From a virus (taxonomy: Duplodnaviria; Caudoviricetes): a stretch of 53,236 bases of DNA. Location: positions 1-53,236 of IMG/VR virus record IMGVR_UViG_3300030098_002282; one strand, 5' to 3'. Positions within the stretch are counted from its first letter, which is position 1. Every line of letters starts with the position of its first letter. Shown piece by piece: positions 20,701-28,595 of the stretch. A program made the translations under genes and the position numbers. The notes below the pieces were generated by a model, which made no database searches, was not told the DNA's origin, and saw nothing but the letters and a program-made list of their open reading frames with translations.

Positions 20701-20828
20701 TGCTCAGCGTGTTCTCTAATCAACTCAGATTGAGTATAATCGAACTGATTAGGGTCGCTTTTATATTGGTCTACTAGTTGAGCAGTAGTTTGCTCATCTA
20801 TGGTAGGTTCAAAACCGTACCTTACCAT
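11715..20828 (-). CDS. Giant virion protein with a double-psi-beta-barrel RNA polymerase domain (probable virion RNAP)
   Basis: GGADLDGDKA (DxDGD at about aa 1297-1301, nt 16926-16940), preceded by VVVRVP, IIPESSAK and TMDGEII; located in the ejection-protein cluster. Confidence 0.8.
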   Translation of the reverse strand: MVRYGFEPTIDEQTTAQLVDQYKSDPNQFDYTQSELIREHAEHYKMSSPDTSLGENSFGSLMSQAGKGWIAGFTTLNIDHGEADKQPRTSYERIARSLGHLGGFIGYVPGLRVLSKLGMASKLSTNLMKLRGHSVPLMVGKWATGGIKKTAIGLSKKGINKKGEAVNTVEKFMNTVPGDMMEGAVNLGIASGVSAWQEGIHAVADATLGGGIAGAGFRAIGNLIRVPGAKPIIPGTKLKDLTSEQVNEKVLKGIAGSLMMGLPATLRGATTEEQIYDYLLGAFFGQGEQYIKNRRAIEHLHKMKTQYKDPETGARGTASPELVEGWETMDPKTKDLVKEITTRDAEQGGVISYILARDQLGRMKEMQEAETKAKEIYEGEPVERIRKPEEELTESREGKGTDGENSPELIDSSQSYEALFTKSKHYVQRFLEDQWKEAPEPQTAMEDTWRLINRKWNQVVGENIQAGSTENPAVNMIKWVNKRFKKNIVESPEDPEWSFWVKWGNARIHNKPVQVASIVMDMNPAKERLRKTKDDDIEIDYNPDVRLNILNPNLEPDAVNLAGNAKQLREPVKNIEEAYQREYYERYGVEIDPKTEPVYAIVQDITTNKKANGKYYQEQTFADWRRDLIKEVEAKAGILEAEHGQWSELKGKAKREAIDKWMEKEVETQYNNVMATITKQMAESGYMYLGGKGDAERLYFVKEHPKLQSRMKFLDGTKRRKPNAVVKELLETMKKKDPESVKLYEREKELFQDAFATKSSMSKFQRANTLNRAQAGRLFDRSYLNNILYDLSQNGLPFSRKGFETLENLNVSTAKAYNKRSQIWHTNGIPSDPNYVNQFVSEATGHQLLPEGIRYVLTKDVNKKTHAGSKAEDYVHTMDGEIIALPEIVDALNAGQGLPYGDKSGGVNKSFIVSPDAQFGALLGKYQFKAAPEAQAEAMRRAKIEMIIPESSAKQYGQRDIWDKWEWTGRGIKLVGPTGQNTRHRYTLPVKDIKVVASEITSDKFIKPQRLPKQMQSNLTPFGFNPIKQRVIDGIFERASVESFNGTKEQNTLAETLLKNPGDTKTEAQLLSNIEDIGIRQLLDLINSPAHESFATKAYNKILRINDQIVGELQSEGEMSAQDAHSLKLDAMEWQSVFDRIVQLKPDSLVPLLHKVGDSYRQSVMRNYILSQIVKPRLRNSATSRMTGYDEYLQKKLPELNENDSIFYLDEGFRDLKIHMDDGATLKLGYIWEQLQKPRLNQEVKKRFEDVLEAVVVRVPMDSLSGAHKLQFKGFTGRKGFGSVLHPRTMEALGGADLDGDKASIFFGGEKNGFKKEWREAYGSQKEEYYVKNKKTGLTEIAHNKPKDMKELLTSQDYELLDRIKTPSLRWSPLLRYQASTGAHVGRNMLGPSVVNRSSILAAYNQVRSHLEFEGKDTYYEIDRWGNIKYELTPITSKEGLKKFRKIARATVAFASDPMDEAGLKGTDVFFNAIFDSLFKMKTHHSARDGRKWTKDNEALTTQERKKAFVGIMSGINSASFGRNLETGKAHNVFDFIQSINRIKQVPKGPNERTDLSFNGKVANLTKDLDFSDSLLHRMDRAKLDNWYKNVQETLSNTDYQEIMGLLGRGSMTIPKNRPLEIVQKYDLFNVDSRKEFIWNEGFGELLSRHPDYFFNEYKRMHESPDVFSELPRVNDRVDKAMRKMGAKGNTFGLHEKKKIGRRIQWTLFGKAHNKITKGDIIELAGGVDAIPRNARKKILENIIKLAGDSLSNDMGDWASARLLKEVWNKDVIPPEQFAEYAKVVDAIQRLKSKQDKERDALEPLKDLEMDDKTKRMILELDRTIEGQTTTREMDQRQLDDAIAKYKDGMTRAESDLFDAMLISSWKRGDPEIVGRLQNAKKKIDNSKKEYGYKSYMALQRYLDTKSRQLHNTQFNRVGFASKEVGDHIIKRQLDLMEQAYEQFRYEDSGRDTRVAKQITKNLEAENKKQPLFDEGGKRTEGLAINQHDYSKKTQKYLEDYAPFSQLEQHKDVIVSSKAKKVMNEIISNMDYYGPQTRENLHLIVRDMINKDINTMTLEDWEVVNNIFRDHREGTWFQKTFAKVEGEFPKLAKRFYRMFPEAVDRDIMRHEINWNTVDTIYKDRHGNWVTGKGKTAQGWMGELQRNIHLSQEVATMENQREEREWGNLSEPYMTTELGRDLWDFAAMKFESDYMPRRLRERALTGDKLTEEYARNYERRTAEMSEKIDWENTQNRLLTLTSGVRKPARQLVEEIHQLLALKNFENHQKLVGDQKVWKEFVEKKRNKLEFYTTVDAEGNIVNTEIPVVSRKKMIKWVTDHFVNNKPFPIEKLGMDGQRKIILGMQMGQIREAERLAGDKNPIRQVLLGGLSEKLSNKKINFDTGMLGELKTVGDKPGIYGYFPHVAKHFEKGIMMGDLTKKIEIIWQSNRPVAEKKQMIAKLYMKSKQLSGDFVEADIINETWEHITDAIIKKQQGKKTNEEIKWFDNLQRIGNQFSRENHIEGWSTAPEAYLDYTQSITKTFYRNLGQILSRETINEFAKQHKDMPTDLRTSWMNYFKLYAQQSLGFPAIIPKEMFDNDKMKIKGTLYGSLADNRVATRFDQIGRKLGLVGKGKGLPPELKSLDKVSAQAVINLGNMEAKYALATLLAHPKSSIGNYLGGSQMTIVNAGFNNFIKAKKLDYLRKTIDPEFKSWEDVNRWVRELGIIEEFIIREIGANPQLTGANWQAFLKDFRRAVKKDPDLPDISFRDLMKKHNLGKGMMDVAGKFMSLPERALRRDSFIAHYIQARDKLGGRTLPKDHPYLIEMGKKGVKATQFLYSVPFRPMFAGTAMGKVISRFQLWAWNSVRYRNTIIREAALRGISQGSPEFGRFKRLMIADTLSLALGSMFMYSLFGSQMPQPYAWFQDLGDWLFGNEEERDRAFFGAYPGKLAPLQLITPPSFRLTGPILNGLINDDWEKMANYYTWTMFPFGRLARDLVGPGGLTENPYYGLDKLTGLPIVGAKRISTKRKKEEEKGTEFWTPPGMKASNYFAGTEEA

Positions 20829-20832
20829 ATCT

Positions 20833-22149
20833 TTAGTCGTTTAAAGCGGCGTCTAGTAAAGAACCTGCTCCATAAGCAAGAGCACCTAAACCAGTTCCAA
20901 CCCAATGCTTACCTGCTCCAGCCTTGCCAGCTAGTTTTAAAAGCTGTGCGGCTCTAGGACCATATTTTGCTATCAATGAAGGACCTCCAATACCACCTGC
21001 TATTTCACCTAGTATTCTATAGTCCTCTCCACCAATAGCCTCAGTTACAGAACCAAGAAGCTTTCCTCCTCCCATTGAACCAAGAAGACCAACACCAATT
21101 CCTTTAGCCGTATTTAAAGCCCCCTTTTTTCCTGCTTCAATTTGTCCTTTTTTAAATTCATCACGAAGCCTATCTTCTTCAACCTGCAATTTTTCATTTC
21201 TAGCTCTTGAAAATTTACTTCTTTCATTTATCATCTTTTTCTTTTCAGCATCTATTGCAGTTATTCGCTTTTGTTTAGCTTTAAGATTGTTTTGTTCTGT
21301 CTTATTTAGATTACCTTTTTTATTTAAAGCTCCTATTTCTTTCTTTAACTTGGCTCTTTCTGAGGAAAGCTTTTTCTGGGCTTCTCTAAAGCTCCTATCT
21401 TTACCATAGAGCTCACGAAGTTCCTTGCCTTCATCGCCTTTAATAAATTTTTTGTATGCCGCTTGTCCTTTCTGCGTTGCATATCTTTTTCCTGCTTGAA
21501 GACCTTTATAACCAAGGTACCCAGTTCCTACTAATGCAGGACCTAATACACCAGTAGCAGACTTACCCTGTGCTTTCCTTGCTTCCATCCAATCAGGAAC
21601 CCAAGCTTCATTTTTTTGACCCGGTACATATCCTAAAGTCATAAGCCTCTGCCTAAGGTTATCATCAGTTATATTTTTATACCAATCATGAAAGTTTTCT
21701 CCACCTGTTTCTTTTATCTTAGGAACTACTTTCCATATATCATCAGTACCCATTTCTGTCATTCTTCTTTCTATGGCACTAACTATCTCCATGTCTCTTT
21801 CATTGGTTTTGTTCTTGAAAAAATCTTGTATTTGTTGTGGAGTAGTATCTCTACCAAATGCTCTCCTCATTTCCCTAGCTTTTCTTTTACCCTTAGAAAG
21901 CTCATCATAATGCTGTTTCCAAGATTTACTAGAACCTACTTGCATATGACCATCTTGAAAACTATCATAAAAATCTGTGGATATCTTACCCATAGCGTTT
22001 GCATTAGCATTTATTTTATCAAGGAAAGCCTGTTCCCTGTCAGCTTGTTTAATCTCTTGAGCTCTTTGCATAGTTTCACTTAGTTGTGAAAACATAGAGT
22101 TTCCACCACCTTGAAAAGCCATTCCTCTACCACCTTGGTATATTGCCAT
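20833..22149 (-). CDS. Putative ejection protein
   Basis: Coiled coil plus Gly-rich hydrophobic C-terminal segments; upstream of the vRNAP gene. Confidence 0.55.
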   Translation of the reverse strand: MAIYQGGRGMAFQGGGNSMFSQLSETMQRAQEIKQADREQAFLDKINANANAMGKISTDFYDSFQDGHMQVGSSKSWKQHYDELSKGKRKAREMRRAFGRDTTPQQIQDFFKNKTNERDMEIVSAIERRMTEMGTDDIWKVVPKIKETGGENFHDWYKNITDDNLRQRLMTLGYVPGQKNEAWVPDWMEARKAQGKSATGVLGPALVGTGYLGYKGLQAGKRYATQKGQAAYKKFIKGDEGKELRELYGKDRSFREAQKKLSSERAKLKKEIGALNKKGNLNKTEQNNLKAKQKRITAIDAEKKKMINERSKFSRARNEKLQVEEDRLRDEFKKGQIEAGKKGALNTAKGIGVGLLGSMGGGKLLGSVTEAIGGEDYRILGEIAGGIGGPSLIAKYGPRAAQLLKLAGKAGAGKHWVGTGLGALAYGAGSLLDAALND

Positions 22150-22171
22150 AATCTATACTCCTTTATAATCC

Positions 22172-22702
22172 TTACTTTGGAAAGAATCCTTTAGCCAGAA
22201 GTCCGATACCACCCTGCATCATAGCCCCTCTATTAGCGGCTTTATCAGCTTCTACATTAGCCATTGATGTATTTAAGTCACTTTGCATAGCCCCTGCTTG
22301 TTGTAACATAGCTCCTTGTTGTCCTAAGTAACCAGCACCTAATTTTTGTTGATTCATAAATGCTTGTAATCCTTGAGTACCTGCACCCATCATATTTTTA
22401 TACGCTTGGTTATTGGTTGCTTGTTGTAATAATCCTGAGCCACCCATACCTTGCTGAGCCGCCATTCTTTGAGCTTGCATTCCTCCAGCCGCAGTTGCAT
22501 CAGCCGCCGCAGTTTGTAATAAATTTCTTTGATTAGTATTTATACCACTATTAAAATTCATTGAAGCATCGGCAAGATTACCGAATTGACTCCCCAATGC
22601 GTTTAAGCCAGAAGTATACTGACCCATGCCCTTATTAATCATACTATTCATTTTATCTTGATTGGGATTACCTGCTATAAAATCTATTATACCACCTAAC
22701 AT
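22172..22702 (-). CDS. Putative small ejection/pilot protein
   Basis: G/A/Q/N/M-rich, typical of podovirus internal proteins. Confidence 0.6.
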   Translation of the reverse strand: MLGGIIDFIAGNPNQDKMNSMINKGMGQYTSGLNALGSQFGNLADASMNFNSGINTNQRNLLQTAAADATAAGGMQAQRMAAQQGMGGSGLLQQATNNQAYKNMMGAGTQGLQAFMNQQKLGAGYLGQQGAMLQQAGAMQSDLNTSMANVEADKAANRGAMMQGGIGLLAKGFFPK

Positions 22703-22704
22703 AA

Positions 22705-22935
22705 CTACCTCAAATTAAATGTAGATGAATCTGACCTAATCCATCCATCTTTGTGTTTAAACTCAACATAATGTTTACCATCTTCTTTAATAACTCTATA
22801 AGTATTTAACTGAGCTTCAGAGTTTTTAGCAGATGAAGACTCCCTGTCTCCTTTGATAGACTGCTCTAACTTATTAACTCTTTCATCTAAATCTTCAAGT
22901 TCCATTTTTATTGTAGGGTCGTCTACTCTACTCAT
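22705..22935 (-). CDS. Small virion-associated hypothetical protein
   Basis: Coupled to the nozzle gene. Confidence 0.6.
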   Translation of the reverse strand: MSRVDDPTIKMELEDLDERVNKLEQSIKGDRESSSAKNSEAQLNTYRVIKEDGKHYVEFKHKDGWIRSDSSTFNLR

Positions 22936-25900
22936 ACTTTACTACTCCTCGCTTTAATAGGTCTTAAGTGAACTCCTATAGACTCTAAAGTCCTTTGTCC
23001 ATTATCATCCACAACCTGTACCTGTAGAGACTTAGACTTTCTATCACTCGAAGATACCCGATTAGAAGTTAATGTTTGGAAAGAACTATTACTAGCATTT
23101 TTATACTTAGTTACAAGACCTGAACTACCCTCAGTATGAATCTCAGAAAAAGACTTATCGTAAGTATCAAAACCAGCAGTGATTTTCTTTGATTGAAACT
23201 CCCAAGCTTTTCTAGTAGAACTAGTCCCTATTTGCATTAATTTTCCGTCTGATGCAATTATCTCTCCAAACTTACCTTGAGTAATAGACTTTACTTTATT
23301 AACAAAAGTCCAGAAGTCCCACCTTCTGGTCATCACACTATATACCCAAGCGTATGATGAATTGCTAACTTCAAATATTACCATTAAGGCTTTTCTTTCT
23401 CCATCAAATGCTAACATAGGTGGAGAGGTTTCAAGAGATGTGCTTATACTATCCCAAGTAAAGTTTGTTAAATCTGTATTGTCTGAGCTATATATAGGGG
23501 TGCTAATTATCTTAGAAGCTTTGCCATTGTGTAAATAAACTCCGTACTTATCTGCAAAAAACATTCCATAATCGGTTGCTATTATACTTTTTTGACTCAA
23601 TGCACCAGCACCTTCCATTTTGTCTATAATTGATAAGTTATTAGGGTTTATTGCATAGATATTTGACTCTGTAAAAGCATACAATATATTATTATACGAC
23701 TTTAATGCAGTAGGCTTGTCTTGTAATGCACAATATTCATTAGCCCAATTAAAGACACTAAACTTACCTGCTTTGCTTCTAAATATATAGTTGCCAACAT
23801 TAGTTATTTCTGGATTATTAGCATCTCCAACAAATAAATACCCAGCACATTGTTCTGATATTTTATATGACAACCAATTCGTCGTCATAGCTGGTGATAT
23901 ACCAGTTAAAGCTTCGTAAGAACCAAAGTTTTTTCCTTTTTGGTCTTTTACAACATATTCTACATAGCCATTACTACCACTAGACCAACCACTATTATCT
24001 AGAGACACAGATTCAACTAGTTGATAATCTAAATCAGGTTCAGTGGCACTTCCATCAAAAGCCTTACCTCTATATATATTTATATGAGACAACCTCGGTG
24101 ATACCTTATCAGGTAAGAGTCCAATAGTTATCTTATGACCATGTTTAAATGGATTGTTACTAGCATTAGAATACAAAGTTTCACCTAAACAACTTTCTTG
24201 ATACCCATCATAAAGCATAGATATCCTATAGAAGTTTTTATAGTAATGTGAGTTATCATCTTTATCAGTACCATCAGGTAATAAATTAGAGTTATCTTTC
24301 TCACCTGCTCCGTCAGCAATAGCAACAGTAATAGAACTTAATACATCTATCTTACTCCAACTAGCAGTTTCAGCAACATCCCCTACATCATCAAGGTAAA
24401 AGCAACTAAATGATAGACTTGTTGTTACTGCTATCCAATCAAAATCTGAAGCTGTATCGTTATAATTAAGTGTCTGAGATGGTCCTTTCCAATCGTTTAT
24501 ATTCTCACTAGGTGTATACTTTTTCCTTGATATAGAAGAGTTTAAAAAGACCCGTCCATCTAAATCATTTTGATTTAATTTGCTATTATTTAAAGTTAAT
24601 AAATCATAGAATATCACAGAGTCTTTTTCTGTACATACTATTCCCCTTGGCTGAAGTATTGTTGTATTAGGCATAAATGAATTAATACTTGACAAGCCAG
24701 TATATTGCCCACCATCACCGTACCACTGCATACTTAGTTCTTCACTTCCGTATGAACCTGAGATTGATACATCTATCTTAGTGTCAATATCAACACTTGA
24801 ATTGTTTAATGCAATTCTTTTTATACCTGCATATGAAGTACTGCTTTCAGGTTGCCAAGATTCGCTATCAGTGTAAACTTCGATATGGGCACCTAATGCA
24901 GTTGTCTTGGTATCTTGTTTTATAAATGGTCCTATTTGTTTATATCTATAAATCACGCCTTGACCATCACTATTACTAGAAGGGCTCTCAGTGTCATATG
25001 TATGCGAATAATCTTCATTTTCAAAAGTATTAAAAACCCAAGGTATAGCTACAGCAACTGTTTCAGAGCCTGATTTATTACTATATAAAAATAATCCTTT
25101 TGGATGTATTGCCTTCTTCAGTCTCCAATCTGGAGTATTACTTCCGTAAATCTCTTGCTGACTGTAACCTTCACCACCAGTTCCTTGACCGGGGTCTGAG
25201 GTGTTTTCATACCACCATTCATCGTGTAAATATCTAAACCAATAAGCATCTACTTCAGCGTTATTACTATTATCACTTGTTTGAAATGGTCCAGTTATAT
25301 TAGTAAACTCAATAGCAGTGTAACCAATATCTGGGAGACTACCGGGTGCACTTGTTATGTCAGTGCTTCTCCATAAATACTCTGTTTTATGATTACCTAT
25401 ACCAAATGATTTCTCTTCCCAAGAAGCGTCACTATCATAATAATTTGATGAAGAAGCTAGGACATAAACGAAACCATCAAGTACTAATACATCACTAAGC
25501 TTTACAGTATCATTCATAAATGGCGTAGCTAAAGTAGAACCTGAAGCACTTGTTAATTTATAGCTTCTATTACCACTCAAAGACATAGCTGTTCCACTAG
25601 CACCTATTGTATATTTTTTTAAATGATAGTCAGATACATTGTCATATAATACCCAAATATCAGTATTTGTTTCGTGGTCAAGATATATACCACAAATTGT
25701 TCCACCAACATTTAGACTGCTTTCTACTCCATCTGAACGATTGGCTTTTAATAACCAAGAACTTCCTTTAACATACCCAACTATTAATTGAGATGAGGAA
25801 GTTAAATCTATATTAGCATCTTCTGCATCATCACTACTAGGTGCAGGAAGACAAAACTCCTCAAAGGCAGGCAAAACTGATGTACTAACAGATATAGCAC

Positions 25901-26858
25901 CATTAGTTAATAGAAAAGTTTCACCCATATCTCTACCAAATTGTTTCACATTTGGATACCCCATATATAATGGTTCATTTTGTGGACCTATCCCTGCAAA
26001 AGTATCATCCCCTCTAGTAGCAAATGTAGGTTCATTTTTTACTGCATTTTGATAAGGTAAATAAGTTTGACTCGAAGGATAACTTTTAGCTTCTGCTTTT
26101 ACAGAATACACATCTTCAAGCATAGAAAATGCTTCTTGAGACTTGTCCCATCCTAATATATTATGTGCTCCATTTTTATTTATTCTAGTCATTTTATCAG
26201 CACTGTACTCTCGTATAGGAAATCCAGTAAAATTCCAATGTATATAACTACCTGCTTGCATAGCAGTATTTTGGTCTATTCCAGAAAAATAAAACTCTAA
26301 GCCATGCATATATGCTTTACCACTACCAAATTTTTCATTACTAGCATCGTGGCTTAGGACACTCGTGCTTCCATCATGAAGTTGGCAAACATAAGAACAA
26401 TAAGCGTCTACTTTAGCAGTACCTGATATAGCAGAATTATGAATACCTGCGGTTCCTGACCCATTATCTATTGTAAATTTCTTAACTGAATCACCCTCAG
26501 TTCCTGTAGTTATAGCGGTTACTCTACCTATGAATCCATTATTATTACTTGTTACGGAATTACTAGCTCCAGTTGCACCATCACCGCCATTTGAAGAGTA
26601 GATATAATCACCAACCCATATAGGCACACCTTCAGTTGAATCACTAAAAGTACCATCTCCTTCATCTTTTCTAAGTGTCACGGTTGAAGACCCACCTTGA
26701 AATTGAAGAAAGTATTGAGCGTCCCAATTCTTTATAATTACACCAAAAGTCTCATTAGTACCTGTTGCTGTAACTCGAACTTGGTAATCTATTTTTCTAG
26801 AACCTGTATATGTACCAGATAATTTTAAGTTGGCAGGATTAAAATTAGACTTAGGCAT
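22932..26858 (-). CDS. Tail nozzle/stabilisation protein (tail tubular B or P22 gp10-like)
   Basis: Beta-rich; C-terminal propeller-like motifs (YIFRSK, LYAFTESNIY, MFFADKYGVY, WEFQSKKI); position before the ejection genes. Confidence 0.6.
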   Translation of the reverse strand: MPKSNFNPANLKLSGTYTGSRKIDYQVRVTATGTNETFGVIIKNWDAQYFLQFQGGSSTVTLRKDEGDGTFSDSTEGVPIWVGDYIYSSNGGDGATGASNSVTSNNNGFIGRVTAITTGTEGDSVKKFTIDNGSGTAGIHNSAISGTAKVDAYCSYVCQLHDGSTSVLSHDASNEKFGSGKAYMHGLEFYFSGIDQNTAMQAGSYIHWNFTGFPIREYSADKMTRINKNGAHNILGWDKSQEAFSMLEDVYSVKAEAKSYPSSQTYLPYQNAVKNEPTFATRGDDTFAGIGPQNEPLYMGYPNVKQFGRDMGETFLLTNGAISVSTSVLPAFEEFCLPAPSSDDAEDANIDLTSSSQLIVGYVKGSSWLLKANRSDGVESSLNVGGTICGIYLDHETNTDIWVLYDNVSDYHLKKYTIGASGTAMSLSGNRSYKLTSASGSTLATPFMNDTVKLSDVLVLDGFVYVLASSSNYYDSDASWEEKSFGIGNHKTEYLWRSTDITSAPGSLPDIGYTAIEFTNITGPFQTSDNSNNAEVDAYWFRYLHDEWWYENTSDPGQGTGGEGYSQQEIYGSNTPDWRLKKAIHPKGLFLYSNKSGSETVAVAIPWVFNTFENEDYSHTYDTESPSSNSDGQGVIYRYKQIGPFIKQDTKTTALGAHIEVYTDSESWQPESSTSYAGIKRIALNNSSVDIDTKIDVSISGSYGSEELSMQWYGDGGQYTGLSSINSFMPNTTILQPRGIVCTEKDSVIFYDLLTLNNSKLNQNDLDGRVFLNSSISRKKYTPSENINDWKGPSQTLNYNDTASDFDWIAVTTSLSFSCFYLDDVGDVAETASWSKIDVLSSITVAIADGAGEKDNSNLLPDGTDKDDNSHYYKNFYRISMLYDGYQESCLGETLYSNASNNPFKHGHKITIGLLPDKVSPRLSHINIYRGKAFDGSATEPDLDYQLVESVSLDNSGWSSGSNGYVEYVVKDQKGKNFGSYEALTGISPAMTTNWLSYKISEQCAGYLFVGDANNPEITNVGNYIFRSKAGKFSVFNWANEYCALQDKPTALKSYNNILYAFTESNIYAINPNNLSIIDKMEGAGALSQKSIIATDYGMFFADKYGVYLHNGKASKIISTPIYSSDNTDLTNFTWDSISTSLETSPPMLAFDGERKALMVIFEVSNSSYAWVYSVMTRRWDFWTFVNKVKSITQGKFGEIIASDGKLMQIGTSSTRKAWEFQSKKITAGFDTYDKSFSEIHTEGSSGLVTKYKNASNSSFQTLTSNRVSSSDRKSKSLQVQVVDDNGQRTLESIGVHLRPIKARSSKV

Positions 26859-27118
26859 TAGCCACCTCCACCACCACCACCACCAGATGGTGCTTTATAT
26901 ACACCGACAGTAATAGGTCCTGCTCCAGTACTAGAGGAACTAAAACCACCTAAAGCAGTAGCATAATTTTCTGTTTTCCTACCTTTTAAAAATCCATCAC
27001 TTGCTATTGTTTCAATATCCTTAGAAAAATCAGCCGCATCTGCTGGTATATCTTTAGCATCTGGAGTAGCTACTATACCAGAGTTAAATTGTTTTATTTC
27101 TGCTACTTGTTTTGGCAT
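26858..27118 (-). CDS. Small protein resembling the N-terminus of a tail nozzle protein, with a poly-Gly tail
   Basis: IKQFNSGI...DIP...GFLKGR; TAATG-coupled to the 1308-aa gene. Confidence 0.5.
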   Translation of the reverse strand: MPKQVAEIKQFNSGIVATPDAKDIPADAADFSKDIETIASDGFLKGRKTENYATALGGFSSSSTGAGPITVGVYKAPSGGGGGGGG

Positions 27119-27891
27119 TAACCTATTATTAACTCCCCATCTACAACTGTTTTACCATCAATTATTGTACAAAGTTCCACATTAAAATTACCCTTATCAT
27201 AGAAGTTCACTATTGCAAATCCTAATTGCCAATTGTGTTGCCTTCCTCCTAACCATACATTTGCTTCTGAACTCATATCCTTTAAACAACCTATACTCCA
27301 AGCTGACTTTGGACCATCCATATGTGTGACTGAGGATTGTTGGAAATCATGATGGTGTCCATACATAACATTACAACCAAGTCGTAGCAAATGATTCCTA
27401 GTGTGGTTAATACCAGCAAAATGGTGACCGTGATAAAAATAAAGATGACCAATCTTAAGCATCTTCCCGATTGGATGAAATTTATAGCCACGCTGTTTAA
27501 GGCGTACTGCGTCTTTAAATAAATAGCCTTTAAGATAGGGATTCTCATCCACAAACCTATTAAGCCAGTCATCATGGTTTCCTTCAGTAATATGCCTTTC
27601 TTTAGTCCCTGCTTTATCAAGTGAAGCATCTATTAAATCCATTCCTGCATTTACTTGCTCAATTTCTTTATCCACGAAAGGTAACTGGTACTCCAATGGA
27701 GGTCTTTTCTTTTTTCTCCATTGCCAGTGGGATACACTTTCCCACTCGCCAGTATCCCCAAGGTCAACATAGATATCTGGTTTAACTTTCTCAATTGCCT
27801 TACAAACAACACTAATCGCTCTAGTATCGTGAAAAGGAAAATGTTTATCTGGCGTAACAATTGCACGCTTTAATTTGGTCCGTTTGCCCAA
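27118..27891 (-). CDS. Calcineurin-like metallophosphoesterase
   Basis: PDKHFP, DLGD, EGNHD, HGH and GHHH motifs. Confidence 0.9.
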   Translation of the reverse strand: MGKRTKLKRAIVTPDKHFPFHDTRAISVVCKAIEKVKPDIYVDLGDTGEWESVSHWQWRKKKRPPLEYQLPFVDKEIEQVNAGMDLIDASLDKAGTKERHITEGNHDDWLNRFVDENPYLKGYLFKDAVRLKQRGYKFHPIGKMLKIGHLYFYHGHHFAGINHTRNHLLRLGCNVMYGHHHDFQQSSVTHMDGPKSAWSIGCLKDMSSEANVWLGGRQHNWQLGFAIVNFYDKGNFNVELCTIIDGKTVVDGELIIG

Positions 27892-28151
27892 GCTTCCTCC
27901 CAGTCTTTTTCTGTTAATTCTATTTCAGGAGCTGATTGTAATAATCTCTCCGTTTTTGCTCTAGAGTATCTAAGCATATGTTCATTACAATGCTTACATT
28001 CCCATATTACAGGTCCTTCATTTATACCTATAATTTCGACACCAACAATATCATCACATCCACAATAATAGCACTCAAGAGGTTCTTCTTTGGATAGCTT
28101 ATTGCCCTGTATATTGAAACCGTCAATGCGTTTTTTAGTAGCCATATTCAT
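27870..28151 (-). CDS. Zn-ribbon protein
   Basis: CYYC...WECKHC. Confidence 0.65.
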   Translation of the reverse strand: MNMATKKRIDGFNIQGNKLSKEEPLECYYCGCDDIVGVEIIGINEGPVIWECKHCNEHMLRYSRAKTERLLQSAPEIELTEKDWEEAWANGPN

Positions 28152-28155
28152 TATT

Positions 28156-28222
28156 ATTTTAGAGGGACTAACGATAGTTAGCTAAGGAGGAGAAAGCCGT
28201 TCAAGGTTCGCCCCTCTAAAAT
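28156..28222 (-). ncRNA. Intergenic stem-loop containing an anti-SD sequence
   Basis: 11-bp stem ATTTTAGAGGG/CCCTCTAAAAT; the - strand loop contains CTTTCTCCTCCTT. Confidence 0.45.
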
Positions 28223-28223
28223 T

Positions 28224-28448
28224 CTACTTTTTAAATATACCTTCTATAATATCTGTAACAACATCTACTACCTTTTCAAAAAATATCTGTTCTTTATCTT
28301 CTGATACAAAAGGTATGTCAATACGCTTGTTAATTGCAGTAGCTATTTTATCAGCCATTTCGTCTGAGCTTAAATGCTTCACTGCCTCTTCTTGCATTTT
28401 TTCAGCTTGCTCTTCAGCAAGTTTTACCAACATTGATTTTAAGTCCAT
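28224..28448 (-). CDS. Hypothetical protein
   Basis: AAGGAG RBS; IDIPFVSEDKE motif. Confidence 0.75.
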   Translation of the reverse strand: MDLKSMLVKLAEEQAEKMQEEAVKHLSSDEMADKIATAINKRIDIPFVSEDKEQIFFEKVVDVVTDIIEGIFKK

Positions 28449-28595
28449 TTAAGACTCCTTTATCTTTTTTGTTTTGAGGTACAAGTAGTATATCTGTATT
28501 ACAAACATCACACACATAAGCAACCCAGATATTAAGTCTGTCCAATATACAAAACCTAAACCTGTACTTAATCCTGTAACCTTTAAACTATCCAT
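28449..28595 (-). CDS. Small membrane protein, holin-like, 48 aa (not in track)
   Basis: MDSLKVTGLSTGLGFVYWTDLISGLLMCVMFVIQIYYLYLKTKKIKES; hydrophobic with a basic C-terminus; TAATG-coupled. Confidence 0.6.
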   Translation of the reverse strand: MDSLKVTGLSTGLGFVYWTDLISGLLMCVMFVIQIYYLYLKTKKIKES

